A stretch of 64,000 bases of DNA from Piromyces finnis finn. Lineage: Eukaryota; Fungi; Neocallimastigomycota. Positions 1-15,680 of the stretch are shown piece after piece (position 1 is the first letter of the stretch; each line of letters begins with the position of its first letter). The notes below the pieces were generated by a model. The model was not told where the DNA came from, ran no database searches, and was given only the letters and a program-made list of their open reading frames with translations. Made by a program: the position numbers and the translations under genes. The stretch lies in contig MCFH01000022.1 in the NCBI GenBank assembly GCA_002104945.1, positions 744,001 through 808,000 on the forward strand. Direction: 5' to 3'.

Positions 1-681
1 TCATTTTAATGAAATAAAAAAAAGTTATAACTATCAACATAGATAAATTTATCTTTAATAATATTATTGAAAGCGTTTTATTCAAAATTTATCATTGAGT
101 TCTATTTTTAATATTTTAATTTTAACTATTTGATAATATGAACTGTTGGCTCCTATTTAATATTTTAGAGCAATTTAAATAACTATTTAAAACTTTCTTT
201 GTTTAAATAATTTCCATATTTACATCATATATTTGTAAAATTATTTATAGTTATTAATTTTTTTTTTTAAATGTTTTATTTATATGTAATATGTAATAAT
301 ATTAATATATATTTGTTTTGTTTTTTCTATTTTATGTTTTATTTTTTATTAATATTAAAATTATTAATTTGTATTTAGAATTTGTTATTATTTTTATTTT
401 GTGTCTTTTTTTTTTAAAAAAAAAGAAAAAAAAAAAAAAACGAAAAAATTATTGATATTATATATACAAATGTTCTATTATAAATTATTGTGTAAAAAAA
501 TGAAAAATGCTAATAATAAATTAAAAAAAAAAAAAAAAAATGCATGATGAATACTAAATATTGTAAATGTTTAATGGTATAATGATAAAAAAAAAGTCAT
601 AATAATATTTTTTTTTTTTTTTAAAAAAAAAAAAATAAAATAAACATTAATTGAAATATAATATTTAATATAATATAGAAA

Positions 682-3600
682 TTAAGATGTATCAGCAACA
701 AGAGCAACACCACGCATAATCCAATATTCTGGTGTTTGTTTATCAGTTCTAAGATCAACATCAAAAATATAATTAAGATCTGTTCTTCTTGGCCTAGTTA
801 AGATTAAATTTAATAAAATTATTCAATTAATCAAAAAAAACACATAATATATTATTATATATTTTTATAGTATTATTAAAATACTTACTTTTTATATACT
901 GGACATCTGTATAATCTTGGATCTGGATCATCACTAGCATTAGTAGCACTAACATGAATACATGGCATGGCTTGGTAAATCAATTTAGCTTGAGATTCTG
1001 CTAAACGAATATTCTTTCTATCCCAACCTGCACCTTCAATGAATAAACCATGAATATAAACACCTTCTGCTGGTTGTGATGATATATCTTCTTTCATTTG
1101 TTTCATAACTTCTGGTTGAAGACGGACACTATCTAAAGCCCAACCTTGATGGGCACGTGTAATTTCTTGACGAATAGCTGTTAAGAAACCTTGTGGATTG
1201 AAGAAACCAGTAAGCCAGAATACATTTGGTCTACCATCATAAAGCCATGTGGCAAATTGGGCTACTCTTGTAAGTAATTCAGTGTACCATAAACCTAATG
1301 TTGGAGATTGCCATGAAATCTTTACCCAATTATCAGGTACACGAGCATCATAAAGGGAATCCAAGGCTTGCTTTAATTGAGAATTCATAATAATTGTACC
1401 ATCAATAGCCAATTTAAGATCATTGAGAGTATCACTAACTAATTTAAGAACTCTTTGAATTCTATCAATTTCTTGACCTAAGAAAATATTTAATGGTTTT
1501 AATAAACCTTGCTTTGTTAAGCAGGCCTTCTTCTTAACTGGATCAAAGAATTCTGGTAATTTACTTAAAAGATCTGTTGCAATACCCTTGACTACATCTT
1601 CACGAGTTTCACCAGTACCAGAACTACTATCCTTTGGTTGAATAGACATAATTGTATCTTTTATATAACAATAATAATAACATTATTATTTTATATTGAA
1701 ATAAATAAATAAAAATTTTTAAAATTAATTATCAATATTTATATATAAGAATAAAAATTTTAATATAAATATATTTACCTAGTGTTCTTGATGATTCCTT
1801 AGTTTGGCAAGCAATATCAGCGTTAGCATGTAAACCGAATACATCTGGTGTATCAACATTTGGTAAAGTTTCAATAGAAGCACGGTAATCTTCAACATTC
1901 TTCAAGTGTGGAATATTGTAACCCTTGGCGAATAAGAAGTTATCTGCGAACATATGATCACCGAACCATACCTTACCCATTGTAACTAATAAACGTCTAT
2001 TTATTTATATAAATTATAAAATTTTATTATAGTATATTATATATATATATAAAATAAAATAATAAACAATCATTTAAAATTAATAATACTAATTCCACTT
2101 TTTTCTAATAAAATAAAATTAATTTACCTATCATAATCATCTGTAACTCTTCCACCATAATGAACTTCACAGAACATGTACCTAGCTGTAGGCCATGAAA
2201 TACCAGCCTTTGGAGCAAGTTCATCAACATGATTTTGAACGAATTGAATACTAGCAGCAAGATCGGATTGGTTAAATTCATATGGAATATTCCATCCTAC
2301 TGGACCGAATTTTCTTCTTTCTTGGACAATAGAGTGAAGGAAGGCTAAACCATATAATAATGGTTTATATTGTGGTCTATTACTCATATCAAGCATATCT
2401 TGTGTGAACCAGTTGTATGTACGCTTAAGACCAGCCTTAATACCTTGTGGAGGCTCATTAGTAAATTTAATAGAAATTTGTAATAAATTAATTGGGAATT
2501 GTTCAGAAACATCTGTAGTAATCCATAATCTGAATTTTTCATGAATAGTTTCTGATTCAGTAATTAAAACTAATAATTCTTCCAAGAATGGAATACCCAA
2601 GTGACAATTTTGTAATAAAGCCCATCCACCATTAGTCATAAATTGAGACAAGAGCTTTCTGGCGTGGACTTCTTGACCTTGTCCCATAGAAATAGCCTTA
2701 ATATTAGTCTTATACTTCTTTGAAAGATTTTCAATATCGGCTGAAGGATCAGAACCAGTAGAAAGAAGACAAACCATTGGGGTTCTATTGTCACTTTCAT
2801 TTAATAAACCGTCTAAATCTAAAACTTGAGACTCAGCGTAGGTTTGACCTAAAGAATCAGCAATATATTGTTTGGACATCATCATTGTTCTATCCAAACA
2901 CCATGATCTAACTAATAATAATTTCTTAAAGACAGATAATGACGTATTATATCCACCTGGTAATACTTCATTTTCTGGAGCATCCTTTTCATACCATGCT
3001 CTCCATATCTTTTCATTCTTACCAATTTGGTTAAGAAGATCCGAGAAACCATTAATCTTACTTAAAGCCACCAAATTAAGCCATGTCATATCAGGAATCC
3101 AATTGAATGGCTTCTTAACTACATTATTAATATCTAATGCAGCACCACCACGTATGAAGAATCTAAATTCTTCATGTTGAATCTTTTTATCTTGTAAATC
3201 AATCTTAAGGGCTAATAATAAAACAAACAGTAATTTGTGAATTTCATAAAGACCTCTTGTAACATAAATAAATTCTCTCATTGTACCATAATCAATAATA
3301 TTTTGAATTCTCTTACTTGGAATTGGTGATGGAGTACCCTTTTCCATACTTTCATCGAAAAGTTGCATGAATTGTTTCAAAGAAATTTGGTACATACAAT
3401 TAACCATACTCATTTCAGCAATCAAGAAATAAATAATTGAACCACGTGTAGCTACTGGTCTAAATTCTTCTCTAGCAAGACCAATCTTCTTTTGGGTTTC
3501 AGCAGCAACAATTAATTTTTCACTAACTTCTTCAGATGTTTGCTTAGAAATGGCTAATACATCAATAAGTGATTCATCATCTACCAGTGATCCTTCAGTA

Positions 3601-6600
3601 GATGTTAATCTTTGTAATAAGTTATCTTCTAATTCTTTCATTCTCTTTTTATTTGTATTGACTTCTTCAAGTAATTTGGCTCTTTCTGTTTCAAGTTCTT
3701 GCTTTTCTCTCATAATTACACGACCAAGTAATTGTTCTTCCAAACCTTTTTGTGTGACAGTGAAATCAATAATTGAACATTTGGCGTAAATTTCTGGTGT
3801 GTATGTTGGATTAGCTAACTTTGTAGTAATATAAAGGTTAAATCCTTTCATCCAATCAATTTCTCTATCCCCAAATATAATCTTATATCCGTGACCACTC
3901 TTAATCAAATTCTTTTCTAAAATGTTATCAAGTGTTGGATCTAATGTATCTTCTACATCTTCAATAAGCAATGGTTTACCTTGAGAAATACTATCAGCAA
4001 TATGTGTTCTGAAATACTTATGTGTTAATGCTGTAACACATAAATCATTCTTTTCTTCTTTAGATTTAATCCAAGACTTAGCTTGACCTTGTGGATCAAT
4101 AAGCAATGGGAAACGTGTACTTTGTGTGACAATAACACCATTTTCAGTAGAAAGTTCATCTGTTGGAAGACCTTGAATATTCCATTCACCAATAGTGGTA
4201 TTATCAACAAATAATTCATTAATATCAAGTTCATCAGTATGAGGAATTTTCCTCTTAACCAATTCCTTCTTCCAACTTTGTAATAATTTATGTCTGAAGG
4301 TTTGATTAAATGGACCACTGTATGATAAGAAAGCCGTAGCCATTGTAACATCACCAACTAAACGTCCAATACGGTCAGAGAATTCTTTACTTTGAATAGT
4401 CCAACGTTCCTTTTCACCTTTAAGACCAGCAATAAGAGCTGTAGCAACACTCATCTTTCTCTTATAACTATCAGCATCATCTTGTAACTTCTTCTTTTGT
4501 GCAATAGCTTCATTATATTTAGCATTAAAAGCATCTAATTCAGCTTGCTTTTCTTGTAATTGAGCTTCAGCATTGTTCAAATCGTTCATAGCCATTTCAA
4601 GTTTGTGTTCTTGTACAACAAGATTAGCCTTTAATGGAATAACCTTTTTGTTAATACCAAAGTAGTAAGCCATAGCCTTTGTCCAGGAAGCAAGACCGGC
4701 AACATCAGCACTGACCTTTTTAGCACCTTCTAAGTTATAATCAGGCATGTCCATATAAGCTTGAACTAATTCTACAGTTTCTTCGTTAATTTCATCTTTA
4801 GGGAAGTTCATTAAAAGAGTAAGGAAATCACTTTGACTCATTACCTTTAAGGATTCAGACCATGATGGCTTACAACAAGCTCTATCTGGATCTTGAGTAA
4901 CTTGATCCAATTTCTTTTTCATTAAGATTAATACACAATCCATAATACGCATAATCAAATGTGGTGGCTTAGCTAACTTACGAACAGTAGCAATGTGAGC
5001 TGGTTGAATAGAATTTAAAGCAGCAGTAGCTTCTTCTAAAGCAGGCTTAGCAGCTTCAAGTTGTGATTCAGCCATTTGCTTATCAGCTTTAATAGCATTT
5101 GCAATAGTTTCAGCCTTATTCTTGACCTTTAAGACAGAATCTTTAACCTTTTCAGCAGCTGTTGTACTTGCAGTGACTTCGACAAGTACAGATTGAGCAG
5201 CCTTACTAGCAACAACAAGTTCCTTTTCTTTAATAACCAATTCTTCTTGAAGTGTAGCAACAGAAGCTGAAGCTTCGACTAACTTAGCAAGACCAGTGTT
5301 CATTCTATCAGCTAATAAACCAACTTCACTTTTTTTCTTATTATATAATTCAATATATGATTTAATGAAGGAAAGGTAAGATTTTGGTGTAACGTATGTT
5401 CTTCTTCTAAACTCAGTAAAGTATGAATCACAGGCTTTAGTAACAAGTTCATGAATAAACGCCATTTGATTAACCAATTCTTTTTTAATATTGTCAGAAC
5501 AAACAATTTCAAGTTCATTCAAAGATTTTTCAGCGACAGCTCTAAGAGCTAATGTTTTTTAATTAATTAAAATCAAAAAAAAATTATTAAAAAAAAAGAA
5601 AAAAATGGATTAGTATTATTATTTATATAATTCAATAAACAATTTTATATATCAAGAAAAAAACCTTCATTTGGCCACTTATTGAACCAATCCATAGTAC
5701 AACCACTAATTAAACCTGGGAACTTTAATGATCTATTTCTGAATTTTTCACCAACTGGTGAGAAACAAAGGATAACGTGTAAATTCATCTTAACTCTATC
5801 TAAGAAGAATTGCCATAAGTTTTCAAGGGTATCAAGAACTTGTGGACGTTGTTTTTTCATAATTGAACGAAGATCTGATGAAATAGAAATAATTTCATCT
5901 TTAGGGAATAAGTTTGCAACTTCACCAGATGTTAAGATATTGTTAATGTAACCTAAGAAGTATTCTTCTTTTACTTCATTATCAGTAAATATAAAGGTTA
6001 CTGGTGTACCATTTGCACCAGCAATCTTATACATATATTTGAAATCTTCCATAAGATTTTGAGTACCATAACTTTTTGAAATTTGAATTTGGAAAACTTG
6101 ACTCTTAGCAATAAATGAAGCCATTTTAGTTAAAGATTGTTTACCAGAACCACCAACACCAACCAATAAAGCGTTACCTCTTGGTGTACGAATAATACGT
6201 GAAATACGCATAATATGTTTCATAGCATCTTCGAAAAGTACAAGATCCATTCTAGATCCTCTAACTGTTTCATTATATTGTTTCATATAATCAAATAATC
6301 TAGCCTTCAATACATCAAATGAAGGGATACTTTCATAAATCTTATAATCTTCATTATCATTATTTTCGTCTTCTTCTTCACCTTCTTCATTTTCTGGTTG
6401 ATCTCTTAAGAAATCAACAAAGTAACTCTTTTTAGCAACAGCATGTCCTAATTCATCACCAAATTCTTTAACGGCGTATGCTGTAATAGTTTTATCAAAC
6501 CATTCAACATCTTCACTGCATACAAATCTATCTGGAATAACTCTGGAACATTCGTGTTCCCATAAGTTAAGAATAGCCTTTGGTGAATCAATAATTTCTG

Positions 6601-9600
6601 GTTCACCCTTTAACATACCTTCGAAAATACGACTTAAATCACGAAGGTTAAAGTTGTAATGGAATTTAGCTGGTGTTGGAAGCATCTTAGTTTTAGTAGC
6701 TTGCCATACCTTTCTTGTTAAGGACGTTAACTTACTAACAATTTCAATAACTGGTTTTTGGAAACCTCTCTTAACATGGAAATGTCCCTTAAGAATAGTT
6801 CCGAAAATTCTATCAATGGAAACATCAGATGGAATAGTACAGTTAATAATAACGAATTGTCTCTTTAATCTTTCTGGAATATCGTTACGACCACCACCTG
6901 GATGCATCATAGCACCTAAGTACATAAGATCAACAATACTTGTCCAATCACCAGGTCTATCTAATGAATAGAAACCTTGATTTTCAATAAGTTGACGTAC
7001 AATTTCAGCAGCAATTTGGTCACCCCATTCATTAATTTCTGGCATATTAATATCATCAATGAAAATAAACATCTTTTTACCAGCTGGTGGACCATATGTT
7101 GAACCCATACGTTTATCTAAGTAACTTTCAACAGTTCTTTGAATAATCATTGGTGTAGTAGCAGATGAAAAACTAATATTCTTTTGTAAGTGTGTTTCTG
7201 GATTTAATTTACCAAGATATTTTTGCATTGTAACTGTTTTAGCAGTACCTGGTTCACCAATTAATAATACTGGTTTAGATTGTTTGGCAACAATATCAAT
7301 TAAAAATTCAGTTCTAACGTTATCAACAGTTGGAATAATGATTTTACAGTATTCTGGATCATGATCATTTGGATAAATCCATTGTGGAACCTTTTCATTC
7401 CAGTGGCACCATTCACCATTATCATCAACAAAGAATTCATAAATAGTATCTTGAGTTTCTGGATCTAATTTTGGATAGTTAAGATCTGGAATGTTTTGGA
7501 AACAGAATTCTTGGAACATCTTACGTTCATCAAGTTCAAGTAATGAACCAAATGACCAGAACATTGCAAAGACGAAAATGTTTTCTAAGTAACCTGCAGA
7601 AATAGTTGTTTTACCATCAGATTTTGGAATTAAACCATTTAACATAGTACAACAAGTAGAAATATAATTGTTAACTGGACAAATCATTTTTGGATGAAGT
7701 TCATTATTAACATATTGAGTAGCAATACCGAAAGATCTATTGAATAATGGTTCGAAAACAGCAACTTCATTTGGTAATTTTGATTTATACCAAGCTTGAA
7801 CATAAACATCCCATGGTAAGGCATTAACACCAATATAAATCATACCACATCTTGATACAGTAGCTGGACTAGCATTTTGTAAACTGTGAATTTCAAATAC
7901 AAGCTTACATGTTGGTGACATAGTAAGTCTATCACCATTAGCAAGAGTTAAACACTTGTTATCATCAAGTACAGAATTAAGATTTTCAATCCATACAGCA
8001 TCTACTGGACCATCTAAAGTAATCCACAAGTATTCACCTTCCTTTTTCTTTAATGATTTTCTCCAAATAGCAGAGAAAATACCATCAGTCCAATCATTAG
8101 TAGCAACATCTAATCTACCAAACATTTGGTAATCCGTAATAGCTTTTGGATTCATCTTAATTTCTTTATGTGGTTCACCACAATTTGTCATAGCCTTTAA
8201 TAATGTATGAATACAGCAGGTCTTACCAGTACCAGTTGGACCTAAAACCATAATACCGTGTCTTACATTATTAGTTTCATAAAGTTGAATAATTTTTAAT
8301 ACCCATTGTGGATATGGAATTAAGTTATCTTCGTTTAATTGTTGCTCAACAGCAGCTTCAATAGATGGATAAGAAGCCTTCTTTGGTGAAAGACCAGGGA
8401 AAAGATCGTTTACAAGACTAAGGAAAAGTGATTCATCTTCATCTACAAGCTTAGATAAATTCATATCTCTTAATAATCTCATAATAATTAAGTTTTCACT
8501 ATCTTCAGGATTAGCACGCTTAACAGAACCACATGTTCTTAATACAGATAAAATATTTCTAAGACCAAAATCATAGTGAACTTGTTGAGATAATTGTTCT
8601 TCACATAATCTATAAAGAACAAAGAACTTTTTAGCTAAAATAATGTTACTAACGAAACCACTACCAGCAAGCTTGACACGAATAATAATTTGACGATCTG
8701 GAACCATCATAGCTACATATCTGAAATGAACCTTAAGATTTTCTGGTAATTCGACACGACCAGCATAACCTGGATTCATAGTAATGAAAACACCAAATTC
8801 TGGATTAAGATCAACAGTTTCACCATCAGTGAAGACAAAGTTCTTCTTTCTTTCTTTCTTAGCAGTAAGAACACAACCAATTTGTTGAGCAGCTACAGAA
8901 AGTACAGGAAGTTCAATACGATTAAATTCATCAAAATCACCCCAACAACCACTTTGAGCTAAACCCTTGAAAATTCTACCAAGACCACGGTAATCCATTT
9001 GATCTGAACAATTAAATACAACAACCCATTTACCAAGGGCTTTACCCATATCTTTGACAGTTTCAGTTTTTCCTGTTCCGGCAGGACCAGCAGGAGAACC
9101 ACCCAATGACATACCCATAGCTTGAGCTAATGTAATATAACATCTATCAGTTAATGGAGTAATAACCAATCTTTCAGTACAACCTAAATATTCACATTGA
9201 TATTTGAAATCGAAGTTGGTAATAGAAACTATACAACAATCTTTTGTTTCTTGCCAGTAGAAACGAGCTTGTTTCAACCATTCAAAATCTTCAGCTGATT
9301 TAATATGAGTTTTAAATAATTTTTCAAATACATCACGATGATGGACCTGAATAGTAATGAAAGTTTCAAACTTTGTACGATCCATTTTTGTTAAATCTCT
9401 TGTGGTAACTTCAATCAAAGAATTTAAAATTTCAGTGATCTTTGTATTAGTAGTAGCCATAAGCTTTTTATCTGATTTAGAAGCATTAAGTGCCTCTTCA
9501 CTCATTTGAGTAAATAAAATTTGAAGACATAATAAACCAATTTGAGCTGGGTATTCTTCAAGTAATTTTAAAAGTGGAATTTCGTTTAATCTACTAACCG

Positions 9601-12600
9601 CTTCTCTAATGATATCATTAATAGAAGTTTGCATACATTGTAATAATGTTCCTAACCATATTTCAACATTACCTGTTGCTAACATGGATTTTGAGATACA
9701 AACTTTTTCACCTTCTGGAGATTCAATACCAACAATTCTATCATAATCTTTTTCATGGAAAGTAGCTTTATTAATACTATCAAAAACACTGAGTAAATGA
9801 GCTTGGATAGTGTGAGAATCACTTGCTTGACCTAAAACTTCTAATAAAGCAGGATCAGAAACGAAATAGAATCTTGGGAAAATAGTACGCTTAGTTTCCA
9901 AATAACCACTAAGTGATTTTTGACATAATTCTAATTGTTCTGATAAATGTGGAAGTAAATTTCCAATAGTTTCATCAACAACACAACATTGAATAACATT
10001 TGGGTGTTCATTGGCACTACTCATAATTTTACACCATGATTTATCAATGTTACTAAATCTTTTTGATTCACGTGGCATTTGCTTTGCAATATCACCACCA
10101 ACAAATACAGCTTCTAAATAAATCCAAAGATTTTGGACTGAAAGCCAGTTTTCAATAACTTCAGATGCAGTACTTAAATTCTTAATCCAATTTTGAATAT
10201 CTGCTTTAAATGGAGCATTATATCTATTACTAAGTAGAGAAGCTAATGTCATTAAACTATCTTCCATTAATGAAATAATTTCAGAAGTAACAGATGGCTT
10301 TAAAATTAAATTTCCTCTATTCTTAAATGGTGCTGATACAAAGGCAGTTTCTTCCCATTCGGCAATTAAAGCCTTTAATTTTGTATCGATATCAGCTTCT
10401 TTTACGGCACCAACACATATATCTTCAATATCTTCAGCATGTTTAAGTAATGGTGCTTCTAATAAATTTCTTAAATAAAACATATCAGGATCAATATTAA
10501 ATTCAACATTACAAAGTTTTTGGATACTTTTCCAGTGTCTAGCTTGCATAGCTTTATTATTCATCATTTCTAATAATGGAATCAAGCCAGTTAAATTATC
10601 AACAATAGCCTTTAAATCCAAAAATGAATCCCATTCCTTCACAGCTTTAGGAAGCTTTTTAATTTTAGTTTGGAAATCATTCATATCATTATTAATTTTT
10701 TCAATGTCAACTTCTGACCATAGCATTTCATCATAAGTACTCTTTCTTTCTAATACGACATTGTATAAACCATACAAATTTTGTAATAATTTTAATTCTT
10801 TTTTAATTTTTGCTAAAACAGGGAATTGAGTTACCGGTAAACAGAATAATTCTTCACCAGCAGAATATGTTTCCCACTTTCTGTTTAATTCATCAAATGA
10901 ACGTTGGAAAACGTTTAATCTTTCAGTAGCAGTTTTTGGTGGAATATTTCCTACCATAGGACCATTTTCTTCATATTCAACACTAAATTCTTTGACATCT
11001 TGTGAAAACTTTTGCATTGCTGTTAATAAATCAGCCTTAAAAACTGGTTGAATTGTACAAAGATTAGTTTGAACATCAATAACTAATTGCTTCAATTTCT
11101 TCCAACTATAACGCAAAGAATCAACCATTTCAGTTTCTTCTTTTGTAACTTCAACACCATGTTTAGTTAACAAAAGATAAGCTTCTTCAATAGGAGCAAC
11201 TTTCATATCAATATCAACTTCAGTTTCTCTAATAGTACTTAAAGTTGCAACAGCCATACGAAGATCATCAATATCACTAATTTTTCTACTAAGTCTCATT
11301 GATTTATTATCAATATATTCCATTAAATCTTCCATATCTTTCTTAACCTTTTTATTTAAATATACACCATATTGAAGTTTCCAGTCCTTTGTTTCAGTTA
11401 ACAAGGCAGTCTTTAATGGTTCAGTTGATATAAGTAATGGGCCAATTTGGGTAGTAGCTTCAATCTCAGATACTTCAATTTCAATACTTTCATATTTATT
11501 AATTTTTTGTTCAAAATCGTCGCTAGTAGGATTCTTTGATAAGAAGTCTTGAATGGTATCAACTTTATTATCTTTCCAAAGGAAATCATATTTATTAAAT
11601 TGTTCTCTATATACTTCAATATCTTTTTTAAGAGAAGTAGAAATTGAACTAATAGCCATTGTTACCTTTAATATATCCTTATTATTAGAAATTTGATTTA
11701 TATATTCTGTTGTGTTATGACCAATAACATTTTCTTCTTGTGGATTGTAGCATGACTTCCATGAATAATTGACTTTCTTTGAAACCTCAACGATCATACT
11801 TGCTACACGATTTAATGATGCTTGGATATCTTCCAACTTTGGTTGAATAACAACATTTGGTATATTTAATTCTAATTCTGATTGGAAAAATGGATTTTGA
11901 GAAGTAATAACTTTACTGTATTGATTATTTGAATAATTTCCTAATCTTTGACGTAATAAATCAAGAGATCCTTTTGTACATGAAATCAATGCTTCAATAT
12001 TTCTTTCTGCAAAATGGCGATAAACATTTTCATATGCTAATCCTAATTCAGGATTATTTTCTATAATAACATCTCTACTAAGTTCACCAATTAAATCTCT
12101 GGTGGCACTTTCAATTAATTCACTCTTCGTCTTAATAATACCAACAACAGCAGTACATCTTTCTTCAGTGTTATTAACAAATGTATCAACGGTCCATTGT
12201 TGATTTTCTTCAGGAACTTTACATAAAGCTAATCTTGAAATAATTTGAAGATTTTTATTTATACGGAATTCAATGATATCATTTAACATATCAACTAATT
12301 CAGATAATTTTGTTAATTGTTCATTACAGGTATTTATATATAATTCTAAGTTAAGAGAAGTCCTATATGATGATTAATAATATCATTTTATATTAATAAA
12401 TATATAAAATATTAAATAATTAATATGTATTTAATCTTATTTGATATATTTATAATTAATTTAATAGTTTTTTCTTTTTTTTGATACATACCATGTTAAT
12501 GCTGTTAAACCAGGATGCAATGTTTTGTCTAATTGATCTAAATGTTGAACCATTGCCTTTCTTAATATTTCTGGAATACTTTGAACAACACGACTCTTTC

Positions 12601-15600
12601 TTTCTAATACTTCTTGAAGCTTTACATACAAGTCTTTATAATAAATTTCTTTTAGACAAATATTTTTAATTGAATCTGGAACTTCAAGATTTAATCTTTT
12701 CATGGTTTTAGCTTCTTTAATTAATTGAGTAATTTGAGGATCAAAGTTAATAAATATATTACTACGAGCATCAGAAACAAGAAGAGTAGCTTGTAAACCT
12801 GTTTTGGCTTGCTCAACAACAGAGAACCATGATCTATACCATAAAATTTCAAATTCAATTAAAGCACCAGCTAATCTGTTATAATTACGAATATGTTTTT
12901 TAGATTCTGGTAATTCAAGAATTGATGTGTATTTACTAAATTGTTTCATTGGGTTTTCAATTCTTCTATATAATTGTCTTGCCCATAAAATAGCACCAGA
13001 AACTGGTGGAGCATTTCTTGGAATTGGTGGACTATCTTTATATTTTTGATACAACTTTCTAACACCTTCTAAATCCTTTCTAGTATAATGGGCAAATATT
13101 GTATGATATTTTGATTCAAGGTCTAATTGAATACCTTTGATTTTATTGAATTTTAAAATTAAATCAAGAGATTGTTCTGTAGATGAAATATGTTCAAATG
13201 ATGAGTCAATGAAATTTTGTAAGTTTGCTTCGAGATCTGAAATTTGTTTTCTGAAACTTTGATAATCAGAATCATATTCCTAAATTAAATAAAAAAATAC
13301 AATAGTATAAACATAATCAAAAAGAATTAGAATATAATAATAATAATAATAATAATAACAATAAATACGTGTTATTTTAAAATAAAAATAAATTTTGATG
13401 TTTTACCATTTTTCTATGATCTAAAATATCATATGGTTTTCTTTGCATTTGACCCATAATATTCGAAAATCTTTTAATTATACTTTCCATTCCTTCAATT
13501 CTTAAACTCTCTAAAGATGAGAATCTTTCTATTATATTAAACATATCAATGATCTTTTGAATACGCTTACAGAAAGCATCGAATTTTCCAAAAATATACA
13601 TTTCACTAAAATCGAATTGCTTTTCATTTGGAGTTTCTTGTAATTTTTTCTGATATTTTTATAAATATTTTTAAATAATTATTTGATGTTAATATTTAAA
13701 ATATATTATTATATATTATACAAATCTAACTAATGTCTATTTAATTTTCTTACTTTTGTTTCATGGAAATATTTTTGGTAGGCTTCATCTAATTTTATAC
13801 ATTCTTTTAATTTTTTAACTAATGTTGTTCTTTCTTGGTCCCATACTTTTGAACCATCCTGTAGATTTTTAAATGTATTAGTATTAAAAATTCTCATACA
13901 TTATATGACTATGTTTAATCTATTAATTACCTTATATATATATTCTTTACAACTATTTATCATTTGATTAGTAACTTTTACAAAAAGAGAAGTCATTCTC
14001 TCAGAAGTATTATAATAACGTGATATACTTTGTATTTAAGAAATAATCATTATAAGTTGTTGTTGTTATTTTTTAATAAAATATTCATTAATATAAATGA
14101 TATTTTCTTAATTACTCACCAATAAATCATTTTAATTGCGTTAATTAAACCAGGAATGGATGGAATCATACCAACAGGGTCACTTCTATATAATGGTTCG
14201 CAAAATCTTTCAAGGGTATATAAATATTTAACATTATCCTAATAATAATAATAAAAAAAATTTTTTACTTAATAACTTTCTTTTATCTATAATATAAAAA
14301 CGAGAATAAAATCATACTTTTGATTCATTTGCAGCATCTGTAACTCTGTTATCTAATTCCTTCCATGTTTTTAATAGATTTCTTGATTTACATGCATTTA
14401 ATATACCAATAACCTTTTTGCAGGTTGAACTCTTTAACTGATCTGTAATACTATTAAATTTAACCATTCTAGCTTTCCAGTGAGCCAATTCTGCATTTGG
14501 ACCAATGTCATCTGCTTCTTTTCTCATTTGTTCACTTTCAGCTAAAACTTGTTCTATCTGTTTACACCATTCTGATACAAGTTCTATGATAAAAATTTAA
14601 TTTAATTTAAATCATTACGAATTAATAAATATTAATAAAGATATTATTATTATCAAAAAATAATAATATAATAATATTTATATATATAATTTACCTTCTA
14701 AAACTTTTAACATATCTGGATTATGGACAGCATTTGCATAATCGGATGGTTTTTCAATATTTGATAAATCAATTGTACATTTCTTTAATTGAACACTGCC
14801 ACGTAAGCTAATCATTGCTAAATCAAGATCAGTAACAAAATTATCTAAAGTTTCCATAAATTCAGATACACATTCTTCTTTATGATTATTTAAACTTCCC
14901 CAATTATCCTTTTTTTATTATTATTTTTAATATTAATGTTTATATTTAATAATTTATTGGATTAATAATTAAATAAATATGTATAAATAATATTAATCTA
15001 ATACTATAAGTATTAACAACACAATATTAATATGTATATAATATGTACTTGTGCTTTTAAGGCTGGCATAATAATATTTTTAACCATAGATAATAATGAA
15101 GGCAAAATACTTGGTGATAATTTTCCAAAACATAAATCTTGATTTATATTTTGTTGGGTTATTGCTTTATTTGTTGTTCTTATAAAATATATACCATCAC
15201 CAGTAAATTTAACATCAGAACCATTTGATACAACAATACCTTCAGATGAATTATCATCTTCATCCTTTTAATTATTAATAATTTTTAAAATTATTTAAAG
15301 GTAAAAAAAAAAAAATTAAATATTAATATATTTAATTTATAAATTTATATATATTAGTAATTGATGCATTGATTATAACACAATATTTTTAATATTACTC
15401 TTGGTTGCCAGAACAATAATAATTTTTTTATTCCATTTTCGGCAAAAAATGAATTCATTAAATCTACCTGAGGTGATGACACCTGCATTAATGAATTTTC
15501 TAATTGATTTTCATTTTTGTCTTCCAATATTGATGCAAATTTTTCTAATAAATATCTATGACGAAAATCAATACTTATTTCCTTCTTTTCATATATTGAC

Positions 15601-15680
15601 GGACTATCTACTTTTTTATTTTTATTATAGGATGGTATAATATTTCCTAAATTTGAGTTTATACCTTTTTTATTTACCAT
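682..15680 (-). CDS. DNAH5: Axonemal dynein heavy chain, outer-arm gamma type (DNAH5/DNAH8-like), complete multi-exon gene
   Basis: ATG at 15680; last exon 682-793 ends [36 protein letters not shown] (spliced by hand from VYK-K|). Four P-loops: [32 protein letters not shown]. The N-terminal [19 protein letters not shown] and the AAA3 GExGTAKT pattern match DNAH5/8 as I recall them. Stalk and microtubule-binding region lie in the 2128-5548 exon. ORF-track pieces 885-1649, 1732-1980, 2124-5522, 5645-12289, 12461-13054, 13377-13601, 14312-14527 and 15354-15680 are exons. Confidence 0.96.

Noticed and set aside
2872-5951. Plus-strand ORFs 2872-3180, 3550-3789 and 5682-5951, and off-frame minus ORFs 4025-4357 and 5312-5518
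   Set aside because: Antisense or alternate-frame shadows of dynein exons with no recognisable motifs.
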